From: the human T2T-CHM13v2.0 reference genome, Homo sapiens | Length of the DNA: 64,000 nt | Direction: 5' to 3' (one strand) | Assembly: GCF_009914755.1 (NCBI RefSeq) | Contig: NC_060946.1 | In this document: positions 13,327 to 27,851 of the stretch, piece by piece | Layout of the letters: each line of letters starts with the position of its first letter | Position numbering within the stretch: the first letter of the stretch is position 1 | Program-made: the position numbers and the translations under genes | The notes under the pieces: generated by a model | The model's input: the letters and a program-made list of their open reading frames with translations, nothing else | Databases searched by the model: none | Told to the model about the DNA's origin: nothing

Positions 13327-15189
13327 CATGTGTTTGTGTGTCTGTGTAAGTGATTGGGAAGGGTGGTGGGTGGGTGATCAAAGGGATGTGGGGCTCACTG
13401 GGAGCTTATCAAGGGTCCTTCCTTTTAGGTATCAATCTTCTTCTCTGATCCTCTGCAGTGAAAGTGGGGAATGCAGTAAAATTATGAACTATTTTGCAAC
13501 CAGTGTGAAATCCCATGTAAAGGTTTTTAGGTGGTCTGCTGTCCTGGGGGACCTCCCATTTTTTTTTTTCCCCCACTAGGATGCAAAACTGCTTACAGGC
13601 TACCTGATCCTCATTGTCCACAGTTGGAAAGTAGGGACATTAACAGCCACAACAGTAGCCACCTTACCAGCTTGCCATGAGGACAGAGTTAAAGAACATG
13701 CACACGTTGCTTGGCACCTAAGAGGCATTCGATAAATGGTAGTGGTTGTTATCAGTATGTTCTAGTTCCCTTCCTTCTCCTCTAGATTCACTAATGTGAT
13801 GCTAAGAAAAGCAAGCAGTTTGTAATTCTTGAATGGGTGAGCAGCTGGAAGAGTGAGAGAGCCTGGCTCTGCCCTCCTTGGGCAGGCTACATTGTAGAGT
13901 GTCCAAGGTGGGCAGGAAAAAGGCTTGCTTGGCGGGCTCCAGGCCGACCTCCCTGTGGGTCCCTGACCTATTGCCTTTGCCATGAGCACTCCGGCCTCAG
14001 CAAGGCCGCTCCCTTTGTCATCCTGTGGGAGATGATAAAATACACACGAAGGGGCCGTGAGACAAGCTGGGTGACAGGGATCCCTCTTTCCTCCTTTTTG
14101 GTGTGTTTTCATGGGTAGGGCATCATTCCAACACTTCCAGATCCCTCTTTTCCTCCAAGTCTAGGCCGAAGATGCGAGCCCATGGTCCAGGCTTTTCTTC
14201 CTACCTAGAGCCTGCCTGCTGGGGTCCCATCAGAAGAGCAGCCCCTTCCCTGGGACTGACACTAACAGTGACTTCTGCATTTGAAGAAATGCAGTCTACC
14301 CACTAACCAGACGTCCCTTACTTATCCTTGCTGTCCTTTTAAAAACCATGCCTTAAAGCAGCAAAATCATTCTATGGGGTCTTTGGAGAGACAGGAATGG
14401 GGGTGTTGTGTGTGTGTGTGGGGTGGCGGTGGTATCTCACCTGCTAGATAGCATGAATCAACTCCTAAGTCATGGAGAGGATTTGTACTGCTCTTCCGTT
14501 GATGCTACCATGGGTGGAACCTGGACTCCTAAGTTAGTATACATTAATTAGTTAAGGAGTCCTTGATCCCCAGACCAGCCAAATGGGTAGCATTGTTGCT
14601 CGGCCTTCTAGTCTGCCAGTAGGAAAGTCCAACCATTAGGTCGGGGAAGAAGGGTCTGGATTTGGTTGACAATGGTTGGATGGGGGATAGAAGCAGAGAG
14701 AGAGAGGGAGGGCAGCTCAAGGGTATCTTGCCCCACTCTGTTTATGCTGATGAACAGCACATGTGCAATTTCTGGAGACGCACCAGTAAGCTTTTCTGGA
14801 AACTCAATCCCAATTGCCATTGGAAAATTGTTCTTTGTTCAAAACTTGTGCCACTGTGGTCCATACTGCTAGAGCTGGAGGTGGGGAGAGGCAGCATGAA
14901 GGTATATTTATGGAAGAGGTGTGCCTTGTTTGCCTTGCTTTTGTAAGCTCTTACTAGCACTCTTGCCCAAACAAATATTCAAAGGAAGCAAAGACAGTTC
15001 AATAGAGATATATGCCTCTATGCCTGGCTTCTCAGGCGCATGATATATTCAAGAGGGCCCCATATATATTTATAGATCAATGTGCCCATTATATAAGTTC
15101 ACACATCCTAGTTAGTTTCTTCTTAGATACTTTTACATTGAAATACTGCTTATTCCTTAATCAATCTCTTCCTTGTTTCTTCTTCTTCC

Positions 15190-15521
<332 letters not shown>

Positions 15522-15665
15522 TGACCACCAGATCCCTAGAAGCCCAGATTCTCTTCCTAAGAGCAAAAGAAATTCTAGAGAGACAAGAGAGGCTCAGAGG
15601 CTGAGATTCACACTGAGCCTCACCTCTCCCTTCTCTGATTGGTGCTTCTGTACCTTGGAGACTAG

Positions 15666-15966
<301 letters not shown>

Positions 15967-16959
15967 AGCCATAAACTTTTAAACCTTATCTCCCCACTAG
16001 ACTAGCCATCAGTGGAAGCGGGAAATAGGACTTCTATTTCTTGTTGTCACCCTCACCAGCACCCAACCCAATGTTCCAGACACCAACCTAGTTCATGCCT
16101 ATGTTGGTTTGATTGTTGGGGGCACTGGGTAGACAGTGTAGGGGCCATACTCCAGCATGAATGGGAATAAAGACAACCTGTGTCCAGCCTGGCCCATCTG
16201 TAAAGCTGGCTTCTAGCCACCACAACAAGGTGGAAGGAATGGCTAGACATGCTGCCAGCTACCAGTTTGAAAAGTGTCTTCTGTTGTTGGAAAAGCACAA
16301 CCTCCTCCCACCCCACTTCCCTTGTTCCCTGTGGCCCCTGGGCCAGCGAATGCCTCGGGAGAACCCTGATTGCCAAACAGGAGAGTACAAAATAGCACAC
16401 ATTTGAATTACAGAGGAGAAACTGGAGCAAATACGGACAGATTAATGCACAAACCAAATAGGTGGATCTGGGGTTGGCCAGCAATTCTACTTTGGAAGGA
16501 CTTTGAGAATCTATTTGGAGGGCAGAATGTAACTTAATTTTAGTTCAGTTTAGTGAAGTTTTGTTTTTGTAAGGAAAACACTGATGTGGCCTCTTCACTG
16601 GGCCATCTCTGCCTCAGACTTTTGGAACCATGACTGTGATCTTGTTTGGCTTGTCTTAGTAGGCAATTCTTGGGTTACACATGGGTGATAAGGTGGGATG
16701 GGTACATGTGATAGAGTAGGCACTCCTGATCCCAAAATACCTCCTATACTTGTTCTGACTACTTCATCTGTGCTTCTCCACCTCTCCCTGAAGTTCTGTA
16801 AGGCTAGAATATTTTTATGAGGTTGCCTTTCTTCTCATCCTAGGGAGAACTCCCAGGCCTTAGCTTACAGTGCATGTTAGAAGTCTGAAGATGGTATGCC
16901 CTAAGATGGAATAAAAATAGACATCACCATAGTGGTGATAATGCTAATAACAGTGGTAG

Positions 16960-17172
16960 CAAACACATGAGGTTTGGGATGGACTACATACTGTTCTCAG
17001 CGCTTATATTAATACGACCCTCACAGCAACTTTATGAGGCATTGTTTCATCATTCCCATCTTACAGATTGGGAAACCAAGGCATAGAGAGGTTTAGCAAC
17101 TTCCTGAAGGTCACCCAGCACCAGGGCTGGGATTTGAACCCTGGCTCTCAGGCTCCAGAGACCAGGCTCTTT
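16960..17172 (-). mobile_element. MIR
   Basis: cccatcttacagattgggaaaccaaggcatagagaggtttagcaacttcctgaaggtcac...gggatttgaaccc. Confidence 0.8.
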
Positions 17173-18163
17173 AATGCAATGCTATGTTGCTGCTCCAATA
17201 GTAATAAGCAAATCACTTGTTAGCCACATGAGAGGCACTGGGCTAAGAAAGCCAGAGAGATTCAGGAGGAAAGAGCCCCAGAGAGATCATACAGTAATGG
17301 TGGAACCCAAACTTCAATGCAGCTTCCTGACTACAAAAACGTATTCTTTTCACTGAACTATCCTCAGATGAAAAGGTTCCAAGCTCAGGCTATTTGGGGT
17401 AAGGAAGGAGTTGGCTGGTTGTATGTGCAGAAGCTTCCAGCAGTACTCAGCTTTATGGGGCAGGTCTGCTTGTGACATCTTCTGTCTAAATCAAGTCAAG
17501 CCATTTTTGAACCAGGATGTTGCTATTTAAAGGAATCCCTTTTGCCTTGCCCCTCCCACACCCCCCGGCCAAGACTCGCTCCCTTGTTTACCTTCTGTGT
17601 TAATGAGGCAGAGAAGATGGGTCCAAATCATTTCAGGAAGAATCAGTGGTAAAGGCTGGCAGACATGCCTCTGCACGGAGGTGAAGCTGTTATAACCTGC
17701 CTGTGAGAGTTAATATGGAGGAAACAGTCCCCGGGGCCTCCGGGAGGCTGGCTTGTCGCCGAGAATACTACCGCAATGTTAGAAACAGAGGTGGATGCAG
17801 GATCTTGACAGACATTGGCCTGGGATCTTGCCAACCTCTCGTTTTTACAGCAGACTTGGAAACAACCACTCGCCTCCTCCTAATTTGAGCTGCCTCCGCT
17901 AAATTGCTCACTTTGCCAATGACTGTGTGTTTTGCCATCGCCGGCAGGGAAGGTCTGAAGGGGCCATTGATTCATCTGAACCCTGACTTCATGTCTGACT
18001 GCAAGGGTAGGATCCAAGCTCATTTGGAAAGAAACAAGACAGAATCCAGTATGGATGAGGAATCAGTTCTTAGTAAAGATTTTTTAAAAACAGAGATTAG
18101 AGTCAAATAACTGGGATACATAGTGGAGCATCCACAATGAGGAAGTATAATGGAGCTACCAAA

Positions 18164-18196
18164 ATGTGTGTGTGTGTGTTTGTGTTTGTGTGTGTG
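18164..18196. repeat. Imperfect (TG)n microsatellite
   Basis: Seen directly. Confidence 0.85.
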
Positions 18197-19928
18197 AAGG
18201 GTATTTTACTTAACAAGCATTTATTGAGTATCTACTCCTTTTTGGGCTAAGTGCAACTTGAGATAAGAAAGATTGATAGGATCTCAGGGCTGAAGGAGTT
18301 CAATTTGTAATTCAAAGTATGACTGCATAAGCAAGCCCCATTCCAATTCCTGTTGAGGTCTTAGCATGGAAGTATCCAGCACCCTCATCACACCCCCTGA
18401 TAGAGGCACTCTCTGCCCTAATGGCAGCCCCCCTGCCTTTTGTTGCTGGTTCTTATTATTAGACGATTTTTTTCTTTGGTTGAGCCAATGAATGTTACTC
18501 TCTGCAATTTCCAGTTTTGGTATTCAAGACCTGTCCATTTGCTCCTCCATGTGCCAATTTTACAAATACCTGAAGACAGCTCTTGGGTGCTTCTTTTTCA
18601 CACAACGTAGAAAGAGAAGCACAACCTTGTAGAATCTAAAAGTCAAGTCCTCTCCTCTTTCTGTTCCCAGTGCATGTGGTAAATGCCTCTCTTTCAGCCC
18701 TCAACCCACTGGGTGTAATTACTTTTGTATTCATAGTTAACTAGTATCTACTGGGTAAATCCTTTCTGCCAGACATTGTAGTGGGAAATTTCATAAGATC
18801 TTTTGTTCAATCCTGATTCCAATTCCCTGATGTAAAGAGAGTTATACCCTCTTTATAGATGAGAAAATTGAGGCTCAGAAAGAGGAAGTGGTTTCACTTC
18901 TTGGTCTGTTTCCTTATCTAGATCATGTGGATGCTAATACTGCCCTTGTAAGACAGTTAAGAGCAGTAAATAAGTGAAATGTACATGGCACATAGTAGGT
19001 GTGCAATAAATGGGAGCTGTTTTCATTGGAACAGCCCTTCCATGGTTAGCCCATTTCATTTTTGGTGATGATAATGATGATGATATTAATAATATTTGTC
19101 TAGTGCAAACTATGTCCAAGACAGTATCAAGAGTTTCACATTTGTCATCTTGACTAATCCCTTCAGTTCAAGAGATTAGTATCATTATGATTCCTGTTTT
19201 ATAGAAGAGGAGGCCAGAAACAAAGTTACTTACTTGCATACAGTCGCAATAGCCATAAACAGCAGAGCTGAGATTGGAACAGTTCTGTCTGGCTCCTGAG
19301 CCCCGACTCCCAATTGCTCCTTCTTCTAACCACATCCCCATAGAGCTCAGACTCTATTGCATCCCTTGCTATCTAAGCACTGGATACCAAGGGCTCAATC
19401 AGAATGCTAACTGGGGGCACTGTGGGAAGCTAGGGTGCACCACAACCCTGTAGACATGTCAAGATGTGGTGAATTAATGCATGCAAAGGAAGAGCCCCAA
19501 ATGAGGTGGTTAGAAAGGGGTCCTAGTGGAAAGAGAACAGATCTGGGAGACCATGGCATTGTCAGATGGACAAGGGAGGGGGGACAATGGCTCTAACAGG
19601 AGAAGTAGGTTTTGGATTATGGTAAAGTCACAAAGTCAAGAAAATCCTCAGGGTCGGCGGGGGTTGACTATAGCCTTGGAAGTTCTGGAGCTGGCAATTG
19701 TGAATATTTGGGGTAATTAACTTGAATGGTGGCTGTTTCTTTTTCCTCCAACCTCCCTCTCACCCCAGGGAATTCCCACTCTTGTAAACACAATCATCTA
19801 TTCCAGTTGGCTCCAAGGTAAGAGTGCAATTCCAGGCTCCACAGAGGCTAGCGTGCCCGCCCTGAGATGCTGTTCCTGATGTGGTTCAGGCCTTCCTAAC
19901 CTCTTATTGTCTCCTTCTGTCTCTGCAG

Positions 19929-20011
19929 TGATCCGGGCCAAGGTGGTGGGGAAGAAGCTGGTAAAGGAGGGGCCCTTCGGCACGCTGGTCTACACCATCA
20001 AGCAGATGAAG
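19929..20011 (+). CDS. TIMP3: TIMP3 coding exon 2 (83 bp): (V)[27 protein letters not shown]
   Basis: Polypyrimidine tract and ctgcag| acceptor, AAG|gtaggt donor. Translation contains the TIMP-family VIRAK motif and matches TIMP3; phase fits exon 3. Confidence 0.99.
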
Positions 20012-21954
20012 GTAGGTAATGTCATCACCCTGGCTCCGGGAAGGTTTTTGGGTTTTTGCCAGAAGAGTCCTGGCTAAGGGAGGCAAAGTGGGTTGGAACT
20101 GGGGTGTGTGTCTAAGCACCAGCCAGACCCAGCCCTTCTGCCTGCTGGAGAGGGAGCTGCTAAGGCTGCATAAAGGGATGGGTAGGGAGGGGGCATGGGG
20201 CTGCCTTGTCCAAGAGCCCATGCAGGTGGAGTCACTCCAAGGCACTTGTTAGGAAGCTGAGCTCTGGAGCCAGATGGCAGATAGCCTTGTTAGCTCGTAA
20301 CCATGAGACCTTGGTCAAGTCACTGCCCCTCTCTGGGCTTTAATCTTCCCAATTGTGAAATGAGGGGGTTGGACTAGATCATCTCTATGAACTCTTCTGA
20401 GCTCTGACTATCTGGGACTCAACAGTGCTTACAGGTTTCATGCAGCCACTGAGGTTACAGCTTAGGTTTACAGCCCTCAAATCTTTACATGGAAACTGTG
20501 CTGATCACAGGAACCTCATCCTAAGGCAGGAACTTCACCTTCTTTCCCTATTTTCCCAGCTGATTGTCTTCTTGCATCCTAGATAGTTAGCAATGTTTGC
20601 TAAGCATATTCTTATCATTAAACATATTACTGAGGATATGAACATCATGAAGTACAGGAAGGAGGTATGCCCTTAAGAAAAAGAACACCAGATTTGAAAT
20701 CTAGAGAACCTGCCTCCTAGTCTCACCTCTACTCCTAAATAGCCTGCTTACCTTGGGCTTGTCCCTTTTCCTGGGCCGCAGTTTTGCCACCTGTTAACAG
20801 TGTGGGGTTGGGCTTGGTGCTCCTAACATCCTCTCTAGCTCAGGCATTCTAAGCACCCTGGGATGCGGGCCATGTTACTTGTAAGGAGGAGCGGGTGGTA
20901 TACAATGGAAGGGTGTACTGGTGATTGCCTTAGCACAGAAGACTGGGGCTTCACCTTGAATAACTCAGCAACTGGTTCATCACCCCATCTTTGTAAGCAC
21001 CTCTCTACATGCAGAGCTCCCAGCTAGGAGCCAGGGAGGCCGTGAGGGAGATACAGTTTCCATCTTTAGGAACTAGAGTCAGGTTGGGAGAGAAGAGGCA
21101 GGTATGTGTGTGACTCATCAGAAGTTCAATGTGGGGTGTGCTGAGGTCCACAGGAACTGTCCAGCCCTTTAACTTATTGCTCATATTTGCATCCCTAGCA
21201 ATTAGGGTAGGACCTGGCATGCAAAAGTGACTTGGTGAATGCTTATCTGTCTAATACGGGCATGAGGGTGAGACCCCACAGGCCTGGAAACTCCCCAGAG
21301 GAGACAAGCCGCAATGTCCAGGTAGAAGGGAGTGGAGGAGTGACGCAGCCCACGGTGGTACCCAACCATCCCCAAGGCCAACCTCCAGGCTTTCTTATTC
21401 CTGTGTCCTGAGGCTGGATGTACTAATTTTGTGGAACCTGTTGCTTTGGATTCAATTTTGCAAACATCCACAGCCTTCTGGTTATGTAATGTCCAGAGTC
21501 AGCCCTGGCCAGTTGCCCTTGGCTGCCTAAGCTTGGTCATGAGACCAGCTTATGTCTTCAGACAGCCCTGGGGAGAGAAAAATGGGCAGGGGTGGGGAAC
21601 CAGCAAGAGCAACAACAACGCAAAAAGCCCACTTTGCAACCTCTGGCAGACAGCGCGGGAATGCCAAAGCATATTAGACCAAAGCAGAGGTTCAGAAAAC
21701 ACACGAACCTGCCTGGTCTGGAACAATCCTCATTACGAGACACTCGGTGGTCAGCAGAGAGCTGAGAGGGAAATAGCTGGGAGGCAGCAGTTCCTAAGCC
21801 TGCCTGGTTTCCTTCCTACCATCAGGGCCTGGAGACCAGGGTGACCAGAGGCCCTTCCTGTGGACATAATGTCCCATTCCCCCTTGCTGGTGTCAGACCA
21901 GCCACGGGTGGTTGTTTAGAGACCAAACAACACTTGCTAGCCTATCAGCATCAG

Positions 21955-22019
21955 ACACTCCCACTCCCAGGCTGGTGGGCTTAGAAGACACACTCCCACT
22001 CCCAGACTGGTGGGCTTAG
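21955..22019. repeat. Two-copy tandem repeat, period 35 bp
   Basis: ACACTCCCACTCCCAG(G/A)CTGGTGGGCTTAG at 21955-21984 and 21990-22019, one mismatch. Confidence 0.92.
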
Positions 22020-22519
22020 GCTTTCGGTTCACCATCCTTCGCCTGAGCTCATGAATCATGGTGCTGGGAATTAGATGTAGGATCCCTCGTCTTACTTCTG
22101 ACAGAGGCGCAAAGGGGAAATGACTTACTCAGAGTCAAGCATTTAACTAAGGGCAGATCTGATCCCCAAGCTGAGGCATCGGAATTTCTTCCCAATCCTG
22201 TGTTCTTTATATGACTCCCAAATCTCCCTGCCATCTTAATCATCAGTCACCATCTCATGCCTTTCATTCACTCTGACCCTCCATAGAGGGTATCATGATC
22301 CATAGAACTGGTCAGTGCCCTTCTATCCAGAGACACCACTGGAATCTGCTTGTCTCTAGGTACCAGCCTGCAAGTCAGACAAGATACAGGCTAGAAGTAA
22401 TAGTCCGTCCATCCATCCTCTCGTGCTTCCTTCCCACCCTCTCTCTGTGCTTAGTACTGTACTATGAACTGGGGATACAAAGATAACACTGCTTATAATT
22501 ATGATAAGACTTGGCATCA

Positions 22520-22720
22520 GTTAACATTTACTGAGCAATTGCTTTGTGCCAGGCATTCTGCTAGGTCTTTGCATAGATCAGTACTTATACTAACACTGTA
22601 AAATAGATAACACCTTGTCCTCTGTTTGACAGGTGAGGCAACTGAGACCTGGGAGGTCATATAACTGTTAAGATTATATGGCCACAAAGTGGCAAACCTG
22701 AGCAAAACTACAGGGTCTTT
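22520..22720 (-). mobile_element. MIR
   Basis: aacattttactgagcaattgctttgtgccaggcattctgctagg...gacaggtgaggcaactgagac. Confidence 0.7.
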
Positions 22721-24239
22721 GCCTATAAGGAGATAATACAGTATGGAGCAGCAGGCTGATTCATCATTCCTACCCACTTTGGGGTATATAAATGCCCACT
22801 CCATATGTTTTTAGTTCCCAGGGAACAAAAAGAGGTCAGTTTGGGTTTGTTGGTTTATCATCCAGCAGTGTAGGGCTGGACTTGTAATATCCTGCAAAGG
22901 GTGTATCAGAAAAATCTTTGTAGGAGGGAAGAGAGAGAGGCCAGAGAGGCAAGCCTGCATGAGTTTTGGCACTGGTCCCTGGGAGACTTTGTTCTAGCAG
23001 ATTAGACAGTCTACCCTAGAGAGTCAGAAGGGGTGAGCAAGGGCTTCCTTAGAGCAGGACTAAAGGAACTTGGAGAACCTGAGACTCCGAGCCGCCCTGT
23101 CTGACCTCTCTCTTCTCTCACTGATGGAAGGCAGGCAGACCTTCTCCCGTCTGCTAACTCTGGAGCCTCTGACCCATCTCTCAGGAACACTTCAGTACAC
23201 AGAGACCTGCGATATGTGTGTGTGTGTGAGGGAGCAGGGTGTTAGAATGTTGAGAGAGCTTATTGCAATCCCAAACTTGGAAATTAGCTGGGCTGTGGGG
23301 TGAAGGTGAAAGTTTCCAGAACTGGCTGCTCTAAGCTGTGGGGACCTTATCTCCCATCAGGACCATGAGAAACCGATCCACTGTGCCAGGAATTATTGTT
23401 TATGTAGCGGAGACATGCTCTCCAGCTGGCTGCAGGGGACAGAACGTGGGGGACATTATGTCCCAGCTGGTCCTGGGAGGGTCCCATGGGGAGACCCGCT
23501 GGTCATGTGCTTTGCATGTCCTGACTGTAGGCAGAGCAGACCTCCAGGGACTTCCTTCCTTTAGTGGTTTGTCTAACCAAATGAGCAATAGCAGGGTCTC
23601 GCCTTTGAAGCTCTAGCTGGAAGCATCTTTGACCCCCAGCCCACAGGGAACCATTCTTCTTGCAATGCCCGTGGTTCTTCCTGCCTTAGGACTCTCATCC
23701 AGCCCTCTGCAGAGACTGGCTCCATTTCTACATTCTCTGCCTGTCCTGCTAGACAAATTGCTGTATAGAGAAAGATCATGGCCGTGATAGCTCGGTCGGT
23801 CTGTAAATAAGAATTTGTGGGTTTAAATGAGTCCGTGATGTACACCAGCATCCAGAACAGTGTTGATCTTTGGTAGGCATGCAAGACATAGTTGGAATCA
23901 TTGAGGCAACTCATGCTGTCAATGTAGAGTGAAGGCCAGACATTTCATAAGAAATATGCAAATGTCCCCAGACTCAGAAACTTCTTTTTTACTTTATTTG
24001 TCCCTTCACTCCAAGGGAAGCTAACATCTTGGAACTTTGTGTAGATGCTACCAAGAAGAAGAAGAGGGGCCCAGAGGCATGCAGAACCCAGCTGAAAAAG
24101 AACAACCCACTTATGTCTGAAGTTCTAAACCAGCTTTAACTACTCTTGTTAAGAGCTGAGGAAGGGACTTAGGAGAAAGGGGACCAAACTCATTCCTCCT
24201 CTCCTTACGAATTTCAGTATAACTTGTTCTAAGCTAACT

Positions 24240-24440
24240 TTTATTGAATGTTGTGGGCTGACTGCTATTCTAAGTCATTTGCTTCTCTCAAACACCCTAA
24301 GAAGTGCTTTGACCCATTTTACAGATGAAGAAACTGAGACCCAAAGAGGTTAAGTAACTTTCCAAGTGGCGAACACAGGTGGCAGAGAAGATTGAAGATT
24401 CAAACTCTGGCTGTCAGCCTCCAAAACCTGAATTTACCAC
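24240..24440 (-). mobile_element. MIR
   Basis: cccattttacagatgaagaaactgagacccaaagaggttaagtaactt is the MIR core. Confidence 0.8.
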
Positions 24441-25917
24441 TGATCTCCATGGCATTGGTTTGGATTAGATTACCTTTAACATCTTTTCCAACTCTGAGAT
24501 TCTAGGATTCTCTGATGTCAGGACATTATAAACCTATTATAACTCTCCTAAATTTGTCAAACCAATTCTAGATCTCTATGATTACAGACATGATACTTTT
24601 AGAATCAATATTTAAATCAAGGTAGGATTATTACACAGAAAACACAACTGAGTAGAATCTACCTTTGCCATGTTGTTCTTTTCAGAATTGACCCTAAAAC
24701 ACAGCGCTATGTTTGTCAGAGCCAGTCATTTGTAATGTGTCAGAATTTCGACTCTAGGCAAGTGCTAGGAGCTAAAATGCAGGTTCCTTCAAACTTCCAA
24801 GTAGCTGCGGTGCCAAGCTGATTTCGATGAGTTGAGTTCTTACTGAGCAGTTCAAATGACCAGACTGTAACCAGGGGCTTCATTCTCTCACCCACGAAGC
24901 ACTAGGGCAGTCAAGGGGAAAGACTGACGCAGAAGGAATGAGGTTCCCATGGGCTGGGTCCAAAAGACCTAGAGCGAGTGCTTAGTTGAAACATTTGCCA
25001 AAACCTCAAGGAACACCCACACAAAAATAAGAAGTTGCTCGGCACAGAAGTCAGGGTAGGGGATGTTCTTCGAAGGCCACACTCCATGGCAGGCATACAG
25101 CAGCACGCTTAAACATGGTTCCTGTTAAGGCTAGAGAGGCACCATTCACATAGAAGAAGTCATCATCGTGACTCTACCCACCCCGCGCCCCCACCGCGTA
25201 ATTGAATGCTGAGTGTGGACGGCACTTCTTCCAGCACTTGGCTGCGTTACCGTGCTCAGTTGGCAAGCCTTGGGGGAGAAGAGAGGTTCAGAAGGAAGAC
25301 CATCTGAGTCCATCAGAACAATGTGTGCTTTTAACAAGGCAGGGGCGCCCAAACTCAGTAGGTCCAACAGACCAAGTTATGCTATGAAGGTCTTGTGGAC
25401 CACCTACCCCCGCCAACCAGTCACCACTTAAAAGATGAGAAAACGCCAGCTCACAGGCCAAATGGGAGGCATTTAGAAGAGACACCAATGAAGAGATGTC
25501 TGGCTTTGTATTAATTACTGTAAGTAAATTAATACCAAATGCCAGGAAGTAAAGTAGAGGCATTTTCCTATTATAAACCCTTGGGACAAGCCCAGAGACC
25601 ACCAGCAGTCCAGGGCTTGTGTACGCTGAGAACTGAGGGGATAACAGAATTGTGCAACACCTTGGTGCCCCACCGCCCCCGTTACCAAATCTCACAGTTC
25701 ACAGTATCGCCTTGGCACACTGGGCTTGTGTAATACTCATGGACTTGACCTGGAATCACAAAGCGGACTCAGCTTCTGTTACATTCATTCACCCCAGTGA
25801 CTCTGGGCACACACTGTGCCTCTGAAGGAGGCACAGTGGCCATAAATGGAAATAGCATTTGCCTGCTTCTGGGGACCTTGGTCATAGACTTCTGAGGCTT
25901 TCCTGGGAGCCAGTCTA

Positions 25918-26102
25918 AGATAATGGGTAAGAGTATGGACTCTGAAGGCAGAGTCCTCTGCTTGGAATCCTAGCCCTGCCATTTCCCAACTGTGTGGCCT
26001 TAACAAGCTACTTAGCCTGCCTGTGACTCAGGCTCCTCATCTATAAAATGGGCATAATAGTTCCTACCTCATAGGGTTGTCATGGTGATTCGTGGGCTAA
26101 TA
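25918..26102 (+). mobile_element. MIR
   Basis: gggtaagagtatggactctgaaggcaga...ctcatctataaaatgggcataatagttcctacctcatagggttgt. Confidence 0.85.
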
Positions 26103-26109
26103 TTAAAGG

Positions 26110-26308
26110 AGATTTCTCAACCTCAGTACCATTGACATTTGGGGCCGGATAATTCTTTGTTCTGGGGGCTGTCCTGAGTATTATGGGATGTTTAGCAACC
26201 TCCCTACCCTCTACGAACTGTTGTGACAACCAAAATTGTCTCCAGACATTGCCACATGTCCCAAATATTTCCTAGGGGGGCAAAATTGCCTCCAGTTGAG
26301 AACCACTG
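26110..26308. mobile_element. MER20 (hAT-Charlie MITE)
   Basis: ttctcaacctcagtaccattgacatttggggccggataattctttgt...gttgagaaccactg with terminal inverted repeats. Confidence 0.88.
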
Positions 26309-27002
26309 TATTAGATTATGTCGTAGATACAAATAGCCAAATATCAGCAATTTCACGTGGTTCAATCTAACAATTATAAAGTATTTAACAGTTAAAACTC
26401 TTTGAACTTTGTAGATACATTTATGTGCTTCATCTGGGATAAACGAACCCAATGCTTTCACCAGACGCTCAGAAGAATAAAAAACATGGAGAATTTCTAG
26501 CTTGAATTCAACGTTCACCAGCCAAATAGAATTTCTATAAAGTGGGGTTTGTAATACATCCCTCCCAGGGCTCTTTTAAGGATACTGCAAGGAGAATGTG
26601 AGTGAGAATGTTTTTGTGGGCTGGAAAGTGTCACAGAGATATCATGAGAATGCTGGCTGAGTTCACGGGACTCAGGTCCTAAGGTTGACAAAGAAAAAGG
26701 ACCTTTGTCACAGCTACTTCTCTGGATTTCTGAAAAGGTGCTGGGATGTCAGACATGTGTAGCCGAAGGAGTGTTGTGGGGCAGTTGGAATGGGGGGTAT
26801 GGCTGGCTGCACAGGAAGGTTTCTCTGGGAAGGCACCAACCTGGCTAGTCAAGAGGATCGGTGGCTTCATCTGGGGTGAAGGGGGCCCTGGGGTGGGTAG
26901 ATCAGTGACCGGCCACTGGACAGCTGAATAGGGGAGCGAGATTCCCTCAGATCCAATGTCAGCAAGCCTTCTGGGTACTGAGACTCCTCTCCTGTGTTCC
27001 TC

Positions 27003-27677
27003 TTATTTTATTGATACATAATAAATGGACATATTTTGAGAGTCCATGTGGTATTTTGATATATTCAAAAATGTATAGTAATCAAATCAGGGTAATTGGG
27101 ATATTCATAACCTTAAACATTTATCGTTTCTTCATGCTGGGAACATCTGAATTATCCTCTACTAGCTACTTTGAGATATACAATAAGTTATTGTTTACTG
27201 TAGTCATTCTACTGATTCAATGAACACTGGGTCTTACTTGTTCTGCGTACTCGTATTTTTGTACCCATTAATTATATCTCTTTGCCCCAATCCTTATTAC
27301 CTTTCTTGCCTCTGGTAACCACCAATCCACTGTCCATCTTTATGAGATTTACTTTCTTAGCTCCCACATGAGTGAGAACATGGTGTATTTGTCTTTCTGT
27401 GCCTGGCTTATTCCGCTTAGCAAAACGACCTCCAGTTCCAGCTGCATTGCCACAAATGACAAGATTTCATTCTTTTTTCTGGATGAATCATATTCCATTG
27501 GGTATAGATACCAGGTTTTGTCTATCCATTCATCTGTTGATGGGCACTTAGGTTGATTTCATATCTTGGCTATTGTGAATATTGCTGCAGTCAACATGAG
27601 AGTGCAGACCCCTCTTCCATATTCCGATTTCCTTTCCTTTGGATACATACCCAGCAGTGGGATTAGGGATCATACGG
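27003..27677 (-). mobile_element. L1MA-type LINE 3' fragment in TIMP3 intron 2
   Basis: ctcccacatgagtgagaacatggtgtatttgtctttctgtgcctggcttatt...ggatacatacccagcagtggg matches a reverse L1 3' end. Confidence 0.9.
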
Positions 27678-27707
27678 GTGTCCAAACTGGGAAAGAAGAA
27701 GTCATGA

Positions 27708-27851
<144 letters not shown>

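Noticed and set aside
17661-17670. Perfect p53 half-site AGACATGCCT (another, AAGCATGTCC, at 1630-1639)
   Set aside because: No adjacent second half-site, so a chance match is likely.
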